A DNA stretch of 64,000 nucleotides from the NCBI GenBank assembly GCA_965243135.1, contig OZ251539.1:1536001-1600000 (forward strand), read 5' to 3'. The position numbers were made by a program, and so were the translations under genes. Under the pieces are notes generated by a model. The model made no database searches and was not told where the DNA came from. It saw nothing but the letters and a program-made list of their open reading frames with translations. This document shows positions 19,219-29,052 of the stretch, one piece after another. The number at the start of each line of letters is the position of its first letter. Position 1 is the stretch's first letter. The stretch comes from Alphaproteobacteria bacterium (GTDB lineage: Bacteria; Pseudomonadota; Alphaproteobacteria; MPNO01; UBA830).

Positions 19219-19983
19219 TCAGTCGGGATCGCGGTATTCTATTCCGTTGACGAAGTCGACGACGGCAGGCGTCACCGGCTCCGTCATTTCTTCATGAATG
19301 TGAGCGATCAGCCCGGCTGCGCGGCCGACGGCGGCGACCGAGCGCATGACCTCGACCGGAAACTCCAGTTCGTTCAACACCGCGCCGAGCGCGCCCGTGA
19401 CGTTGAGCGTGAGCGGTTTGCCGCGCGCTCTCGCGATCTCGTCGCCGAGCGTCTTCGCGAGCGCGATGTAGCGTCCGCCGACACTCCCTTCTTTCGCAAT
19501 GGCGAACATGCGGTCGGCGCGAGGGTCGGTCGGATAGTAGTAGGGATGTCCGTATCCGGGAATGAACTTCCGCTGCTCGCGGAATCGCCGGACCACTCCG
19601 GCCGCCCATTCCCGGTCGCCGCCGTCCTGCGCCGCGCCTTCGGCGTAGAGCGCGCCCGCTCCGGCCATGGTGCCGGCGAACTTGTTGCCGACCATCATGG
19701 CGCCCGCGACCATGGGCAACTGGATGTCCTCGCCGAGCGAGTTCTGTACGAGGCGGGCGACGAGCGCGGTCGGCGTGAGGCCATGGTCCATGAGGACGAT
19801 CATGCAGGCGTCGAAGACGCGGATCCTTTCGGGCGGCAGTTCGCGGCCGGTGACGATGAAGTAGAAGGTCTCGGAGAAACTTTTTTTTCCGAGGATGTCG
19901 GTGAGCACGTCCTTGCCGCGCATTCGGAAGCGGGCGGTGTCCGAGGTCGGGGTTCCGATCCGGGTGAAAGGTCTGTCGGTCAT
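19219..19983 (-). CDS. Citryl-CoA lyase-like protein (citrate synthase small-domain family)
   Basis: LMDHGLTPT, IPGYGHP, DPRA, LNVTGA, GRAAGLIAH..EE. Confidence 0.85.
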   Translation of the reverse strand: MTDRPFTRIGTPTSDTARFRMRGKDVLTDILGKKSFSETFYFIVTGRELPPERIRVFDACMIVLMDHGLTPTALVARLVQNSLGEDIQLPMVAGAMMVGNKFAGTMAGAGALYAEGAAQDGGDREWAAGVVRRFREQRKFIPGYGHPYYYPTDPRADRMFAIAKEGSVGGRYIALAKTLGDEIARARGKPLTLNVTGALGAVLNELEFPVEVMRSVAAVGRAAGLIAHIHEEMTEPVTPAVVDFVNGIEYRDPD

Positions 19984-20038
19984 GCGGGGATCTCCTGCCT
20001 TGGGGCGCTCCGGCCGGAGCGTCGGCGCCCCGGATGAT

Positions 20039-20067
20039 GCGGATTTGCCGAAGACGCGCAAATCTGC
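20039..20067. promoter_or_regulatory. Inverted repeat in divergent promoter region (operator candidate)
   Basis: GCGGATTTGC-9 bp-GCAAATCTGC (9/10 match) between divergent starts at 19983 and 20107. Confidence 0.35.
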
Positions 20068-20106
20068 AATAAAGCGGGATCATTTTTGTCGAAAGGGAGA
20101 AACGAC

Positions 20107-21087
20107 ATGAAACGCCTGCTTTTGGCGACGGCGGCGGTCGGCGGCCTTGCGTTCGCCTCCGGCGCTTCCGCCACCGAGATCAAGCTGCTGACCAGCTGGA
20201 ACGAGGACAACTGGCCGACCTACGCCGTGCTTGACCAATTCGTGAAAAACGTCGACGCCATCGGCGGCGGCAAGGTCAAGATCAACATCTCAGGGAAGGA
20301 GGTCGTTCCGCCCTTCGAACAGCTTCAGCCGGTTTCCTCCGGCGTGTTCGACATGCTGTTCAGCCACGGCATCTATCATTCGGGCAGCAGGGGTCTGGCG
20401 TTCACCTTCGACGCGGTCGATCCGAAGGCAGCGGAACGGCGGGCCGCCGGACTTATCGATTTCATCGACAAGTACTACCAGAAGCACAACAACCTGAAGG
20501 TCATCGGCATCGTCGCCGCGAGCAATCAGGGCTATCACATCTTCGCCAAGAAGCCGCTGTCGGCGGGCGGCGACCTCGATGGCCGCAAGATCCGCGGGAC
20601 GCTGAGCTATCACGGCGTCATCCGGCTGCTCGGCGCGTCTCCGGTCGTGCTGCCGGGCGGGCAGATATACACGGCGCTGGAGAAAGGCGTGATCGACGGC
20701 GCCGCATGGCCTGCCGCAGGCATGCTTTCGATGAAGCACTACGAAGTCGCGAAGTACAAGTTGCGCCCGACCTTCGGTTCCAGCAATCTCGGTTTCTGGG
20801 TCAATCTCGACTCCTGGAACAAGCTGTCCGAGGGCGACCGCAAGATTCTCGCCGACGCCGCCAAGAAGACCGAGGTCGAGATGCCCGCGATCGGCGACGA
20901 GATTCTCGCCAAGGAATCGGCGGAGCTCGAGAAGCACGGCGTCAAGGTGACGCAGATGTCGGATGCGACGGCCAAGAAGGTCAAGGAGACTTTCGCGGCG
21001 AGCATGTGGGAAATCGCCAAGAAATGTTGCGCCGACGGCGTCGACGAATTGCGCTCGCTCGCCAAGAAAGCCGGCCTGACCAACTGA
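20107..21087 (+). CDS. dctP: TRAP substrate-binding protein
   Basis: Signal peptide; DLDGRKIRG, IYTALEKGVIDGA; followed by dctQM. Confidence 0.92.
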   Translation: MKRLLLATAAVGGLAFASGASATEIKLLTSWNEDNWPTYAVLDQFVKNVDAIGGGKVKINISGKEVVPPFEQLQPVSSGVFDMLFSHGIYHSGSRGLAFTFDAVDPKAAERRAAGLIDFIDKYYQKHNNLKVIGIVAASNQGYHIFAKKPLSAGGDLDGRKIRGTLSYHGVIRLLGASPVVLPGGQIYTALEKGVIDGAAWPAAGMLSMKHYEVAKYKLRPTFGSSNLGFWVNLDSWNKLSEGDRKILADAAKKTEVEMPAIGDEILAKESAELEKHGVKVTQMSDATAKKVKETFAASMWEIAKKCCADGVDELRSLAKKAGLTN

Positions 21088-21109
21088 GCGGCGCGCAGGG
21101 TCGCGAGGC

Positions 21110-21622
21110 ATGCTGAAACCGCTCGTGTGGGTTCACGACCGTCTGACGGACGTGAGCCTGCAACTCGGCAAGTTGTGCCTCGCGATCATCGCGTTTTCCT
21201 ACTGTTACGAGGTTGCGGCGCGCTACTTTTTCAATGCGCCCACCTGGTGGGCCGACGAAGCGGTCTCCTACTCGCTGTGCATCGGCTGCTTCCTCATGAT
21301 GCCGCACGTCACCCGCAGCAAGGGGCACGTGGCGGTGACCTTTCTCGTCGACTTGCTCTCGCCCGCGCGGGCGAAGCCGGTCTACTGGACGATCTACCTG
21401 CTGTGCTTCGCCGTCTGCGCGCTCGGGTTCTGGATCAACCTCGACGAGAACCTGCGCCAGATCGCCAAGGACATCCACCTGATGAAGGTGAGGCCTATCC
21501 CCAAGTACTGGATTTCGGTGTTCATCACCTACGGGTTCGGCATGTCGGCGCTCCACTTCCTGCGCATGCTCGACTACCGGACGATCGCGGTGGGGCAGCC
21601 TCAGACGGAACACTACGAATAA
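21110..21622 (+). CDS. dctQ: TRAP small permease
   Basis: EVAARYFFNAPTWWADE, GHVAV; about 4 TM. Confidence 0.9.
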   Translation: MLKPLVWVHDRLTDVSLQLGKLCLAIIAFSYCYEVAARYFFNAPTWWADEAVSYSLCIGCFLMMPHVTRSKGHVAVTFLVDLLSPARAKPVYWTIYLLCFAVCALGFWINLDENLRQIAKDIHLMKVRPIPKYWISVFITYGFGMSALHFLRMLDYRTIAVGQPQTEHYE

Positions 21623-22932
21623 TGGAGTGGTGGCTGATCCTGACCGTCGGCCTGACGCTGCTGCTTGCGGTGTTCGTGACCGGCGTGCCCATCTTCGTCG
21701 CGTTCCTGCTGATCAACACCGTCGGCGTGCTGATCATCCTCGGGCAGCCCGGCTTCGGCCTGGTCGCCAATTCGATCTTCGAGACGACGAATATTGCCGC
21801 GCTGTCGGCGATTCCGTTGTTCATCCTCATGGGAGAACTACTCTTCCGCTCGGGATCGATCGACATATTGTTCGATTCGGTCGACAAGCTGGTCGGCAAG
21901 GTGAAGGGGCGGCAATACGTGCTGTGCATCGCTCTTTCCACGATATTCGGCGCCCTGTCCGGCGCCGCCATGGGGGTGGCGGCGATGATGGCGCGGACCC
22001 TGTTTCCGGGAATGCTCGACCGGGGTTACGATCCCAAGCTGTCGACCGGCGCGATCCTCGCCGGCGCCTCGCTGGCGCCGATCATCCCGCCGAGCGTGCT
22101 CGTCATCATCATCGGCACGCTCGCCAACGTATCGATCGCCGGTCTGCTGATCGCCGGCATCCTGCCGGGCCTGTTGCTGTCCGGCCTGTTCCTCGTCTAC
22201 ACGCTCGGGCGGGTGCGCCTGAACCCCGAGCTCGCGCGGGAGGACGCAAAGACGTCCGCCGTCGAGACGAGCGCGGCGGAGAAGGTGAGGGCGGTTCTCC
22301 GGGTTTCGCCTTTCGCGTTGATCATCTTCTGCGTCATGGGCTTTATTCTTCTCGGCGTCGCGACGCCTTCCGAATCAGCGGCGACCGGCGTCCTCGGCGC
22401 GTTGCTCACGGCGGCCTATTACCGCAAGCTGAACTGGAAGATGCTTTCGGAGTCGCTTGCCTCGGCGGCATTCATCACCAGCATGATCCTGGTGATCATG
22501 GCCAGTTCGAAGATGTTCAGCCAGTTGCTGGCTTTCACGGGGTCGACCCGCGAGCTGACCCAGGTCGTGGCGGGACTCGACCTGCCGGGATTCGTGATGC
22601 TGTTCGTCATGATGCTGATCCCGTTCATTCTCTGCATGTTCATCGACCAGATCGCTCTGATGCTGGTGGTGATTCCGATCTATCAGCCGCTGATCAGGAC
22701 TCTCGAGTTCGATCCGATCTGGTTCTGGCTGTTGATGTTGCTGAACGTGACGGTTGGCGGCATCACGCCGCCGTTCGGCTACACGATCTTCGCCTTCAAG
22801 GGGGCGACGAACAAGGTGACTCTGCAACAGGTTTTCAATGCGACCTGGCCGTTCGTCTTGATTTTCCTGGTGGGCATGCTGATCATCGCGGCGTTCCCGC
22901 CGATCGCGACTTTCCTGCCCGAACTTCTCTGA
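21622..22932 (+). CDS. dctM: TRAP large permease
   Basis: AIPLFILMGE, IIPPS, TPSESAA, GGITPPFG. Confidence 0.92.
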   Translation: MEWWLILTVGLTLLLAVFVTGVPIFVAFLLINTVGVLIILGQPGFGLVANSIFETTNIAALSAIPLFILMGELLFRSGSIDILFDSVDKLVGKVKGRQYVLCIALSTIFGALSGAAMGVAAMMARTLFPGMLDRGYDPKLSTGAILAGASLAPIIPPSVLVIIIGTLANVSIAGLLIAGILPGLLLSGLFLVYTLGRVRLNPELAREDAKTSAVETSAAEKVRAVLRVSPFALIIFCVMGFILLGVATPSESAATGVLGALLTAAYYRKLNWKMLSESLASAAFITSMILVIMASSKMFSQLLAFTGSTRELTQVVAGLDLPGFVMLFVMMLIPFILCMFIDQIALMLVVIPIYQPLIRTLEFDPIWFWLLMLLNVTVGGITPPFGYTIFAFKGATNKVTLQQVFNATWPFVLIFLVGMLIIAAFPPIATFLPELL

Positions 22933-22997
22933 TCCGCTTTCGGTCGCGCCGCATTCCGCGCTAGAATAGGGACGGTTCAAGACGGGGGAACGGGGCT

Positions 22998-24230
22998 ATG
23001 GAACTCCCCACTGGCAACGAACGTTATTTCCGCATGAGCGTCGAGGAGTTCGACACCGAGAAGCTCTTGCGGAACGCGGCGCGGCAACGCGACCTCCGCG
23101 GGCTGCAGGACGTCCTGATCGTCGATGTCGACGCTCATCATTACGAGACGGAGTCGATGAGCGAGATCGTGGATTTCATCGAGGATCCGGTTCTGCGCCA
23201 GCTCGCTCGGTCGGCGCAGCAGATCGCCCATCGCGGCTCCATGTTCTCCCTCGGCCGCGTGGGGTATCAAGACGTCGGGGGACGCGTGACCCGCTATCCG
23301 TTGCGCAAGCTCGAGAGGACGCCCGACGACGGGGTTCATCGCGACGTTCATCTGACCCGTCGCTGGATGGACGCGATGGGCGTCGATTACGCCTGCGTCT
23401 TCCCGACCCCCATGCTGGGTCTCGCCATGCACCCTCAGGCGGAGGTCGAGGTCGCGCTGGCCCGCGCGTACAACCGCTGGCTGGTCGAAAAGGTCCTGCC
23501 GGCGTCGCCGCGCATGAACTCCATGCTCTACCTGCCGTTCAACGATCCTGCCGCCGCGCTCCGGATCGTGGAGGACTTCGCGGACCGGAAAGGCGTGATC
23601 GGTTTCATGGTGACCTCGGTTCGTCACCGTCCGGTGCATCACAACGACTACATGAAAATCTACGCGGCGATCGAGGAACGCGGCCTGCCGATCGGCTTCC
23701 ATTCGGGCTTCAACTGGGACGATCCGATGTTCAGGACCTGCAACCGGTTCCTCGCCGTCCACGCGCTCGGCTTCACCTGGTACAATGTCGTGCACTGCAC
23801 CAACTGGGTTCTCAACGGCATGAACGAGCGGTTCCCGCGTCTGCCGGTGGTATGGATCGAGTCGGGGATTTCATGGGTTCCGTTCCTGGCGCAGCGGCTC
23901 GACACGTCGTACCGCATGCGCTCGTCGGAATGTCCGTCGCTCAAGAAGCTTCCGAGCGACTATCTGCGGGACATGTACTACACAAGCCAGCCGATGGAGA
24001 TGCCGGACGATCCCGGACTTCTGGAGGCGACGTTCCGGGCGATCAACGCGGAGACGCAGCTTCTCTGGGCTTCCGATTATCCGCATTGGGACATGGACCT
24101 GCCGACGGTTATCTGGGATCTTCCCTTCCTCGACGAGCGGGCGAAACGCAACATCCTCGGGCGGACGGCGCAGAAGTTGTTCCGACTCGGCGCTTGCGAG
24201 CGCCGCCCGGCGGCGGTCGCCGCCGAATAG
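22998..24230 (+). CDS. Amidohydrolase-fold protein, possible dinuclear-metal oxygenase subunit
   Basis: IVDVDAHHYE, AYNRWL, PIGFH, WIESG, ASDYPHWD; close paralog of 60077..61321. Confidence 0.85.
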   Translation: MELPTGNERYFRMSVEEFDTEKLLRNAARQRDLRGLQDVLIVDVDAHHYETESMSEIVDFIEDPVLRQLARSAQQIAHRGSMFSLGRVGYQDVGGRVTRYPLRKLERTPDDGVHRDVHLTRRWMDAMGVDYACVFPTPMLGLAMHPQAEVEVALARAYNRWLVEKVLPASPRMNSMLYLPFNDPAAALRIVEDFADRKGVIGFMVTSVRHRPVHHNDYMKIYAAIEERGLPIGFHSGFNWDDPMFRTCNRFLAVHALGFTWYNVVHCTNWVLNGMNERFPRLPVVWIESGISWVPFLAQRLDTSYRMRSSECPSLKKLPSDYLRDMYYTSQPMEMPDDPGLLEATFRAINAETQLLWASDYPHWDMDLPTVIWDLPFLDERAKRNILGRTAQKLFRLGACERRPAAVAAE

Positions 24231-24264
24231 AGGTCGCGCCGGCCGGCGACAGGGAAGGCTTCGC

Positions 24265-26400
24265 ATGGAATTCGACATGCTGGGCAACGCCATTCAGGCG
24301 GCCCAGAACATGGCCAGCTTCGAACGGCTCGGCTTTCTTTCCTTCGGGGTTTTGATCGGCCTTATCCTGGGCGTGATACCCGGACTCGGCGGGCTCGTCG
24401 GCCTGTCGCTGCTCTTGCCGTTCACGTTCAACATGGATCCGTACACCGCGCTCGCCTTCATGATGGGCTTGCAGGCGGTCGTCGTGACGTCGGACACCAT
24501 ACCAGCGGTTCTGTTCGGCGTGCCCGGCACCGTCGGATCGGCGGCCACGATCCTCGACGGCTACCCGATGGCGCGGAAGGGGGAGGCGGGGCGCGCTTTC
24601 GGCGCGGCGTTTTCGGCGTCGGTGATCGGCGGCCTGTTCGGGGCTTTTCTTCTCGGCATCAGCGTGCCGGTCCTGCGTCCGATCGTGCTCGAAATCGGTT
24701 CTCCGGAGCTACTTGCGATCTGCGTGTTCGGGCTGTCGCTGGTCGCCGTGCTGTCCGGCGGTTCGCCGCTCAAGGGGCTGGCCGGGGCGTGCATCGGCCT
24801 GATGGTGGCGACTGCGGGGGACGACCCGCAGACGGGCACGTTGAGATGGACGTTCGATTCCCTTTACCTCTGGGACGGGTTGCCCGTCGTGCCGCTGGCT
24901 CTCGGGCTGTTCGCGATTCCCGAACTGGCGGACATGGCGATCACCCGGCAGTCCATCGCCGTGGACGGGAAGACGCAGGACGCCAGGTACGGCCAGCTCT
25001 CGGGAATCAGGGACACGCTCCGCAATTGGTTCCTGGTCATCCGTTGCTCTTCCATCGGCTCTTCGCTCGGCGCCGTCCCGGGAATCGGCGCGTCGGTGAT
25101 CGACTGGATCGCCTATGGCCATGCCGCGCGTTCGGAGAAGGACGCCTCCGCGTCGTTCGGCAAGGGCGACGTGCGCGGCGTGATCGCGTCCGAATCCTCG
25201 AACAACGCGAAGGAGGGCGGCGCCCTCGTGCCGACGGTGGCGTTCGGCGTGCCGGGCTCGGCGTCGATGGCGCTTATCCTGGGGGCGTTCCTGATCCACG
25301 GCCTGGTGCCGGGTCCCGAGATGCTGACCAAAAACCTCGACGTCACCTACACGCTCGTTTGGTCGGTGGCGATCGCCAACATCCTCGGCGCCGGCATCTG
25401 CTTCACCTTCGCGAACCAGCTCGCCAAGGTCGCGCTCGTGCGCATCGGCATTCTCGCGCCGGTAGTTCTCGCGATCACTTACGTGGGCGCCTTTCAGGGA
25501 TCCCGCCAATGGGGCGACATATACGCGCTGCTGATATTCGGTCTGATCGGCTGGGCGATGAAGCGCCTTCGGTGGCCGCGGCCGCCGCTGATTCTGGGCT
25601 TCGTGCTCGGCGGCCTGGTGGAGCGCTACATGTTCATCTCGATTGAGCGGTACGGCGCGGACTGGTTGTGGATCTGGCGGGATTTCGGGGACGGCGACGT
25701 CAGGTTCGCGCCGTACGTGCCGATCATCTTCGCGGCGACGCTGTACGGCGTTCTGGCGCCGATCGTCCGCGGCTACCGGGCGCGGGCGAAGACGGCCGCC
25801 GCCGCCGGGCGGCGGCTGGGTTTCCAGCGCGAGGCGATCAATCCGGATTTCTTTTTCGCGCTCTTTCTGTTCGCGCTGTTCGCGGTCGCGTTCTGGATTT
25901 CCGCGGATTGGGAGTTCGGCGCCCGCCTGATTCCGCACGTCGTCTCGATCGCCGCCATGATCTTTCTCGGGTGGCTGGCGCTGTCGGCGCTGTTCGTCGC
26001 GCCGGGCGAGCGGCAGCAGGCGGAGGAAGGCATGCCCGGGCGGGGCGAGGGCGGCACCGCGCCGGTGCAGAGCGACGTTCATTTCGACATTAGCGCGGAT
26101 TACGGCGACCTGCCGGCGGCGGAGGTCACGCGGCGCATGTTGCGATATTTCGCGTGGCTTCTGTTTTTCTTCGGGGCGGCGGCGGTCGTGGGGCTTTTGC
26201 CGGCGATGTTCCTGTTCCTGGCGGGCTATATGCGGTTCGAGGGGCGCGAGAGTTGGGGAGCGACGCTGGCGGTGTCGGGGTCGGTCTGGGTCGTTTCGTA
26301 TCTCTTGTTCCACAGGCTGCTGATCATTCCGTGGCCGCAGACGGTGGTTGGCGACTGGTTCCCGGTGCTGCGGACGATACCGCTGGTGAATATGTTCTGA
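24265..26400 (+). CDS. tctA: Tripartite tricarboxylate transporter TctA with C-terminal TctB-like fusion
   Basis: GVIPGLG, GVPGT, DGYPMARKG, ESSNNAKEGGALVPT; extra ~200 aa hydrophobic tail ending LLIIPWP. Confidence 0.88.
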   Translation: MEFDMLGNAIQAAQNMASFERLGFLSFGVLIGLILGVIPGLGGLVGLSLLLPFTFNMDPYTALAFMMGLQAVVVTSDTIPAVLFGVPGTVGSAATILDGYPMARKGEAGRAFGAAFSASVIGGLFGAFLLGISVPVLRPIVLEIGSPELLAICVFGLSLVAVLSGGSPLKGLAGACIGLMVATAGDDPQTGTLRWTFDSLYLWDGLPVVPLALGLFAIPELADMAITRQSIAVDGKTQDARYGQLSGIRDTLRNWFLVIRCSSIGSSLGAVPGIGASVIDWIAYGHAARSEKDASASFGKGDVRGVIASESSNNAKEGGALVPTVAFGVPGSASMALILGAFLIHGLVPGPEMLTKNLDVTYTLVWSVAIANILGAGICFTFANQLAKVALVRIGILAPVVLAITYVGAFQGSRQWGDIYALLIFGLIGWAMKRLRWPRPPLILGFVLGGLVERYMFISIERYGADWLWIWRDFGDGDVRFAPYVPIIFAATLYGVLAPIVRGYRARAKTAAAAGRRLGFQREAINPDFFFALFLFALFAVAFWISADWEFGARLIPHVVSIAAMIFLGWLALSALFVAPGERQQAEEGMPGRGEGGTAPVQSDVHFDISADYGDLPAAEVTRRMLRYFAWLLFFFGAAAVVGLLPAMFLFLAGYMRFEGRESWGATLAVSGSVWVVSYLLFHRLLIIPWPQTVVGDWFPVLRTIPLVNMF

Positions 26401-26417
26401 CGGGGCAGGGGCCGCCC

Positions 26418-26584
26418 AGTTCAAGGTCGTGGATGAAAAGCCGGAAGGGCGGGCGTTAGCGCAGATTCGCGAGCGCGGCTACGCGGACAAGTACCGGCGT
26501 CCGGGCGTGCCGGTCCACCTGATCGGGGTGGAGTTCGGCCGGGAAGAGCGCAATATCGTGGATTTCAGGTTCGAGACCGTCTGA
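26418..26584 (+). pseudogene. Orphan 3' fragment of the AAA/PD-(D/E)XK gene family
   Basis: Reads FKVVDEKPEGRALAQIRERGYADKYRRPGVPVHLIGVEFGREERNIVDFRFETV*; 26471..26525 is identical to 39009..39063. Confidence 0.9.
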
Positions 26585-26918
26585 AGCTCGGAGCCGTCGT
26601 CCGGCATCATGAGGATGTCCTCGCAGACGACCGGTTCGGGAGCCTCTTTCAGAGATCCGACGGCACCGCTCCGGAACCGAAGCCGCGTCCCCCCGCTAGC
26701 CGTTTGGCCTTTCCGCAGTCGGCCTTAAGCGTTCCATAACGTTCGAGGTCGAGATGTCACGCTTCAACGAGGCGCTGCGGGAACCCATGATCTCGCGCTA
26801 CGCGCTTCGGTCGAAAATGCGGGCAGCGCGTCCGCCTGGAAAAGGGGGGTCGAAGGGGAGGCGGCTGCAAGCCGACGGCCGCCCGCCGGTCTTCAACCGG
26901 AGGCATTGTGCGGCGCAA

Positions 26919-26942
26919 GCGCGCGGCGTGGTTGCCGCGCGC
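26919..26942 (-). terminator. GC hairpin downstream of tctC (possible terminator)
   Basis: GCGCGCGGC-6 nt-GCCGCGCGC perfect 9-bp stem; weak U-tract. Confidence 0.3.
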
Positions 26943-26977
26943 CCACGAAAATCGTCGGCGCGCGGCGTCGGCAGGTT

Positions 26978-28000
26978 TTATTTGAACCCGAACACGCTCT
27001 TGAGCTTGGCGATGGTCGCAGGCGGCGTTTCGTAAACCTTCTTCACCATGGCCTGGATGGTTTCGCCGTCGACCGGATCGACCGGAGCCTTGCGCTTCTT
27101 CGCGTCGGCCAGGAACGCCGGATCCTCCATCGTCGCCTTGAAGGCCGAGCGAAGAGCGGCGACGCGCTTCTTCGGCACTTCCGGCGCGACCCAGAACCCC
27201 ATGCCGATCCGCGGCGCGGTTTCGAGGAAGGCTACCATGTCCTTCTGTTCCTGCGTCTTGGCCAGACTGGCCATGCTGGGCAGGTCAGGCAGTTCAGGAA
27301 TGCTGCCTCCGTAGCTGACGATATGACGCAGTTTGTTGCCCGAAACCCAAGCCGGCTTGCCGGCGGTCCATCCCGACCAGTAGTTCATGCGGCCGTGCAC
27401 TTCGCCGGATTCTATCGCCTTGTTGATCTGGGCTCCGCCTTTGTATCCCTTCACGACCTTGAACTTCGTGCCGGCGATGTGATTGAGCAACGTCGGCGCG
27501 AGGAAGGTTTCCGAGCCGAGGCCGGTCGAGCCGACGATAGCTTCGGTTTTTCTGGCGCTGGCGAGATCGGAGACTGGCGCGGCGTGCCACATGGAGATCA
27601 CTGCCGGGCGGGGCGTGATCGATCCCAACCACTGAAATTTCGAGGCGTCGAATTTCATGTCGCGCAGCAGCGGGGCGAGCGCGGAGGGGGCGAGCACTTC
27701 GGCGATGAAGGTGCCGTCCTTGGGAGCGGCGTTGTAGGCGTAGGCCGCGCCTTTCGTTCCCCCGCCGCCCGGCCGCGACTGGATGATCACGGTGGGATTG
27801 CCGGGGATGTGCTTGCCCAGGTGCTCCACGGTCAGGCGGCCGTACAGGCCGAGCGTCGCGCCGAGGCTGGACGGCACCATCACGGTGACGGTCTTGCCCT
27901 TGTAGAAGTCCGACACGGCATCTGCGGACGCCGGGCTGGCGAGCGCCAGCATAGCTGCGGCCGGTGCGACGGCCAGCGTAAAACGCGGATTTCCTGTCAT
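26978..28000 (-). CDS. tctC: TctC/Bug-family periplasmic binding protein
   Basis: Signal peptide; DFYKGKTV, KHIPGNP, PGGGG, APKDG, VKGYKGG, DPAFLADAKK. Confidence 0.9.
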   Translation of the reverse strand: MTGNPRFTLAVAPAAAMLALASPASADAVSDFYKGKTVTVMVPSSLGATLGLYGRLTVEHLGKHIPGNPTVIIQSRPGGGGTKGAAYAYNAAPKDGTFIAEVLAPSALAPLLRDMKFDASKFQWLGSITPRPAVISMWHAAPVSDLASARKTEAIVGSTGLGSETFLAPTLLNHIAGTKFKVVKGYKGGAQINKAIESGEVHGRMNYWSGWTAGKPAWVSGNKLRHIVSYGGSIPELPDLPSMASLAKTQEQKDMVAFLETAPRIGMGFWVAPEVPKKRVAALRSAFKATMEDPAFLADAKKRKAPVDPVDGETIQAMVKKVYETPPATIAKLKSVFGFK

Positions 28001-29052
28001 GGCGTAACTCCTTGCGTTTGCGTCAAGCGGAAGTCTCAGGTTACGGGAAAATTTCAGGATCCGAAAGCGTGGCGCAGCCCATTCGTTCCGGGACCCTGAC
28101 GGCCGACGCCGCGCTCGTCTTCCGAGGGTATTTTCGGTCAGGTCGTTGAAAGGCCGCCGCGAAATTCGCCGAAGGCGCCGGTCAGGTTCTGGGCGCCGCG
28201 CAAGTCGGCGCTCGCGCAGAAACGAGAAAAGTTAGCGCGGGCCAGGGCAGCGGGGGTCCGGGATCTTCGCGCCGCGTTCGCTGCAGCCGCTACCCGGCGA
28301 AAGCTCGCGCTTCACGTCCGGCCACCTGCTGTCGGAGCGGGAACGGCGAGACCGCGCAGGAACCCGGCCCTAATCGGCAGGCTTGGCGGAGGGTGACTCC
28401 TCGACGTTCGCCGCTTCGCTTCCGGTGTTTCCCGATTCTCCTTCCGGCGTTTCCGATTCTCCAACGTCATTTATCGCGAAGCCGCTCCGGAACTTCAGGT
28501 CGCCGCGCGGCGGCCCCTTCCGTGCTGCGTCTTGCGACGGGCAAAGCGCCTGTCGGCCCGAAAGTCGTTGGGGCGGAACGGGTTTGGCAAAGCGGCTCCC
28601 GCTTGCGGGAGAAACCCGGCCGGCCGATACGCTCGCCGCGGAAGCGGCGCGCGGCTCCTTGAAAGCCGCCGACCCGGCAAGAGTTCCGGGATCGTCGCCC
28701 AAGACGCGCCGCAGTCATGTTCCTCAATTGCGGCTGAAACGGAAATCTGCTTCGGAAAGAAGCGCTTTTCCGAAACCGAGGCCTCTTGGGAGACTTGCCT
28801 TGACTTCAGACCGCGCGACGGCGTCGAACTCCACGCTGTCGCGGGCGGCCGCCGACCGCAAACAATTTTTAAGGCTGCGCCGATGTATATGATAATATCA
28901 ATACTACAGCTTCCGGATGACGTGGTAGCCGCCGCTTTCCCGTGCTCTCCGGCCGCCGTGCAGGCGAGCTCTCCCGGCAGGCCCGAGCGTTCGCTTTTCC
29001 TGAACGGCACTGCCGCTGCGCAACCGCGGCCAAGGCTTTCAGGCCGGACGGT

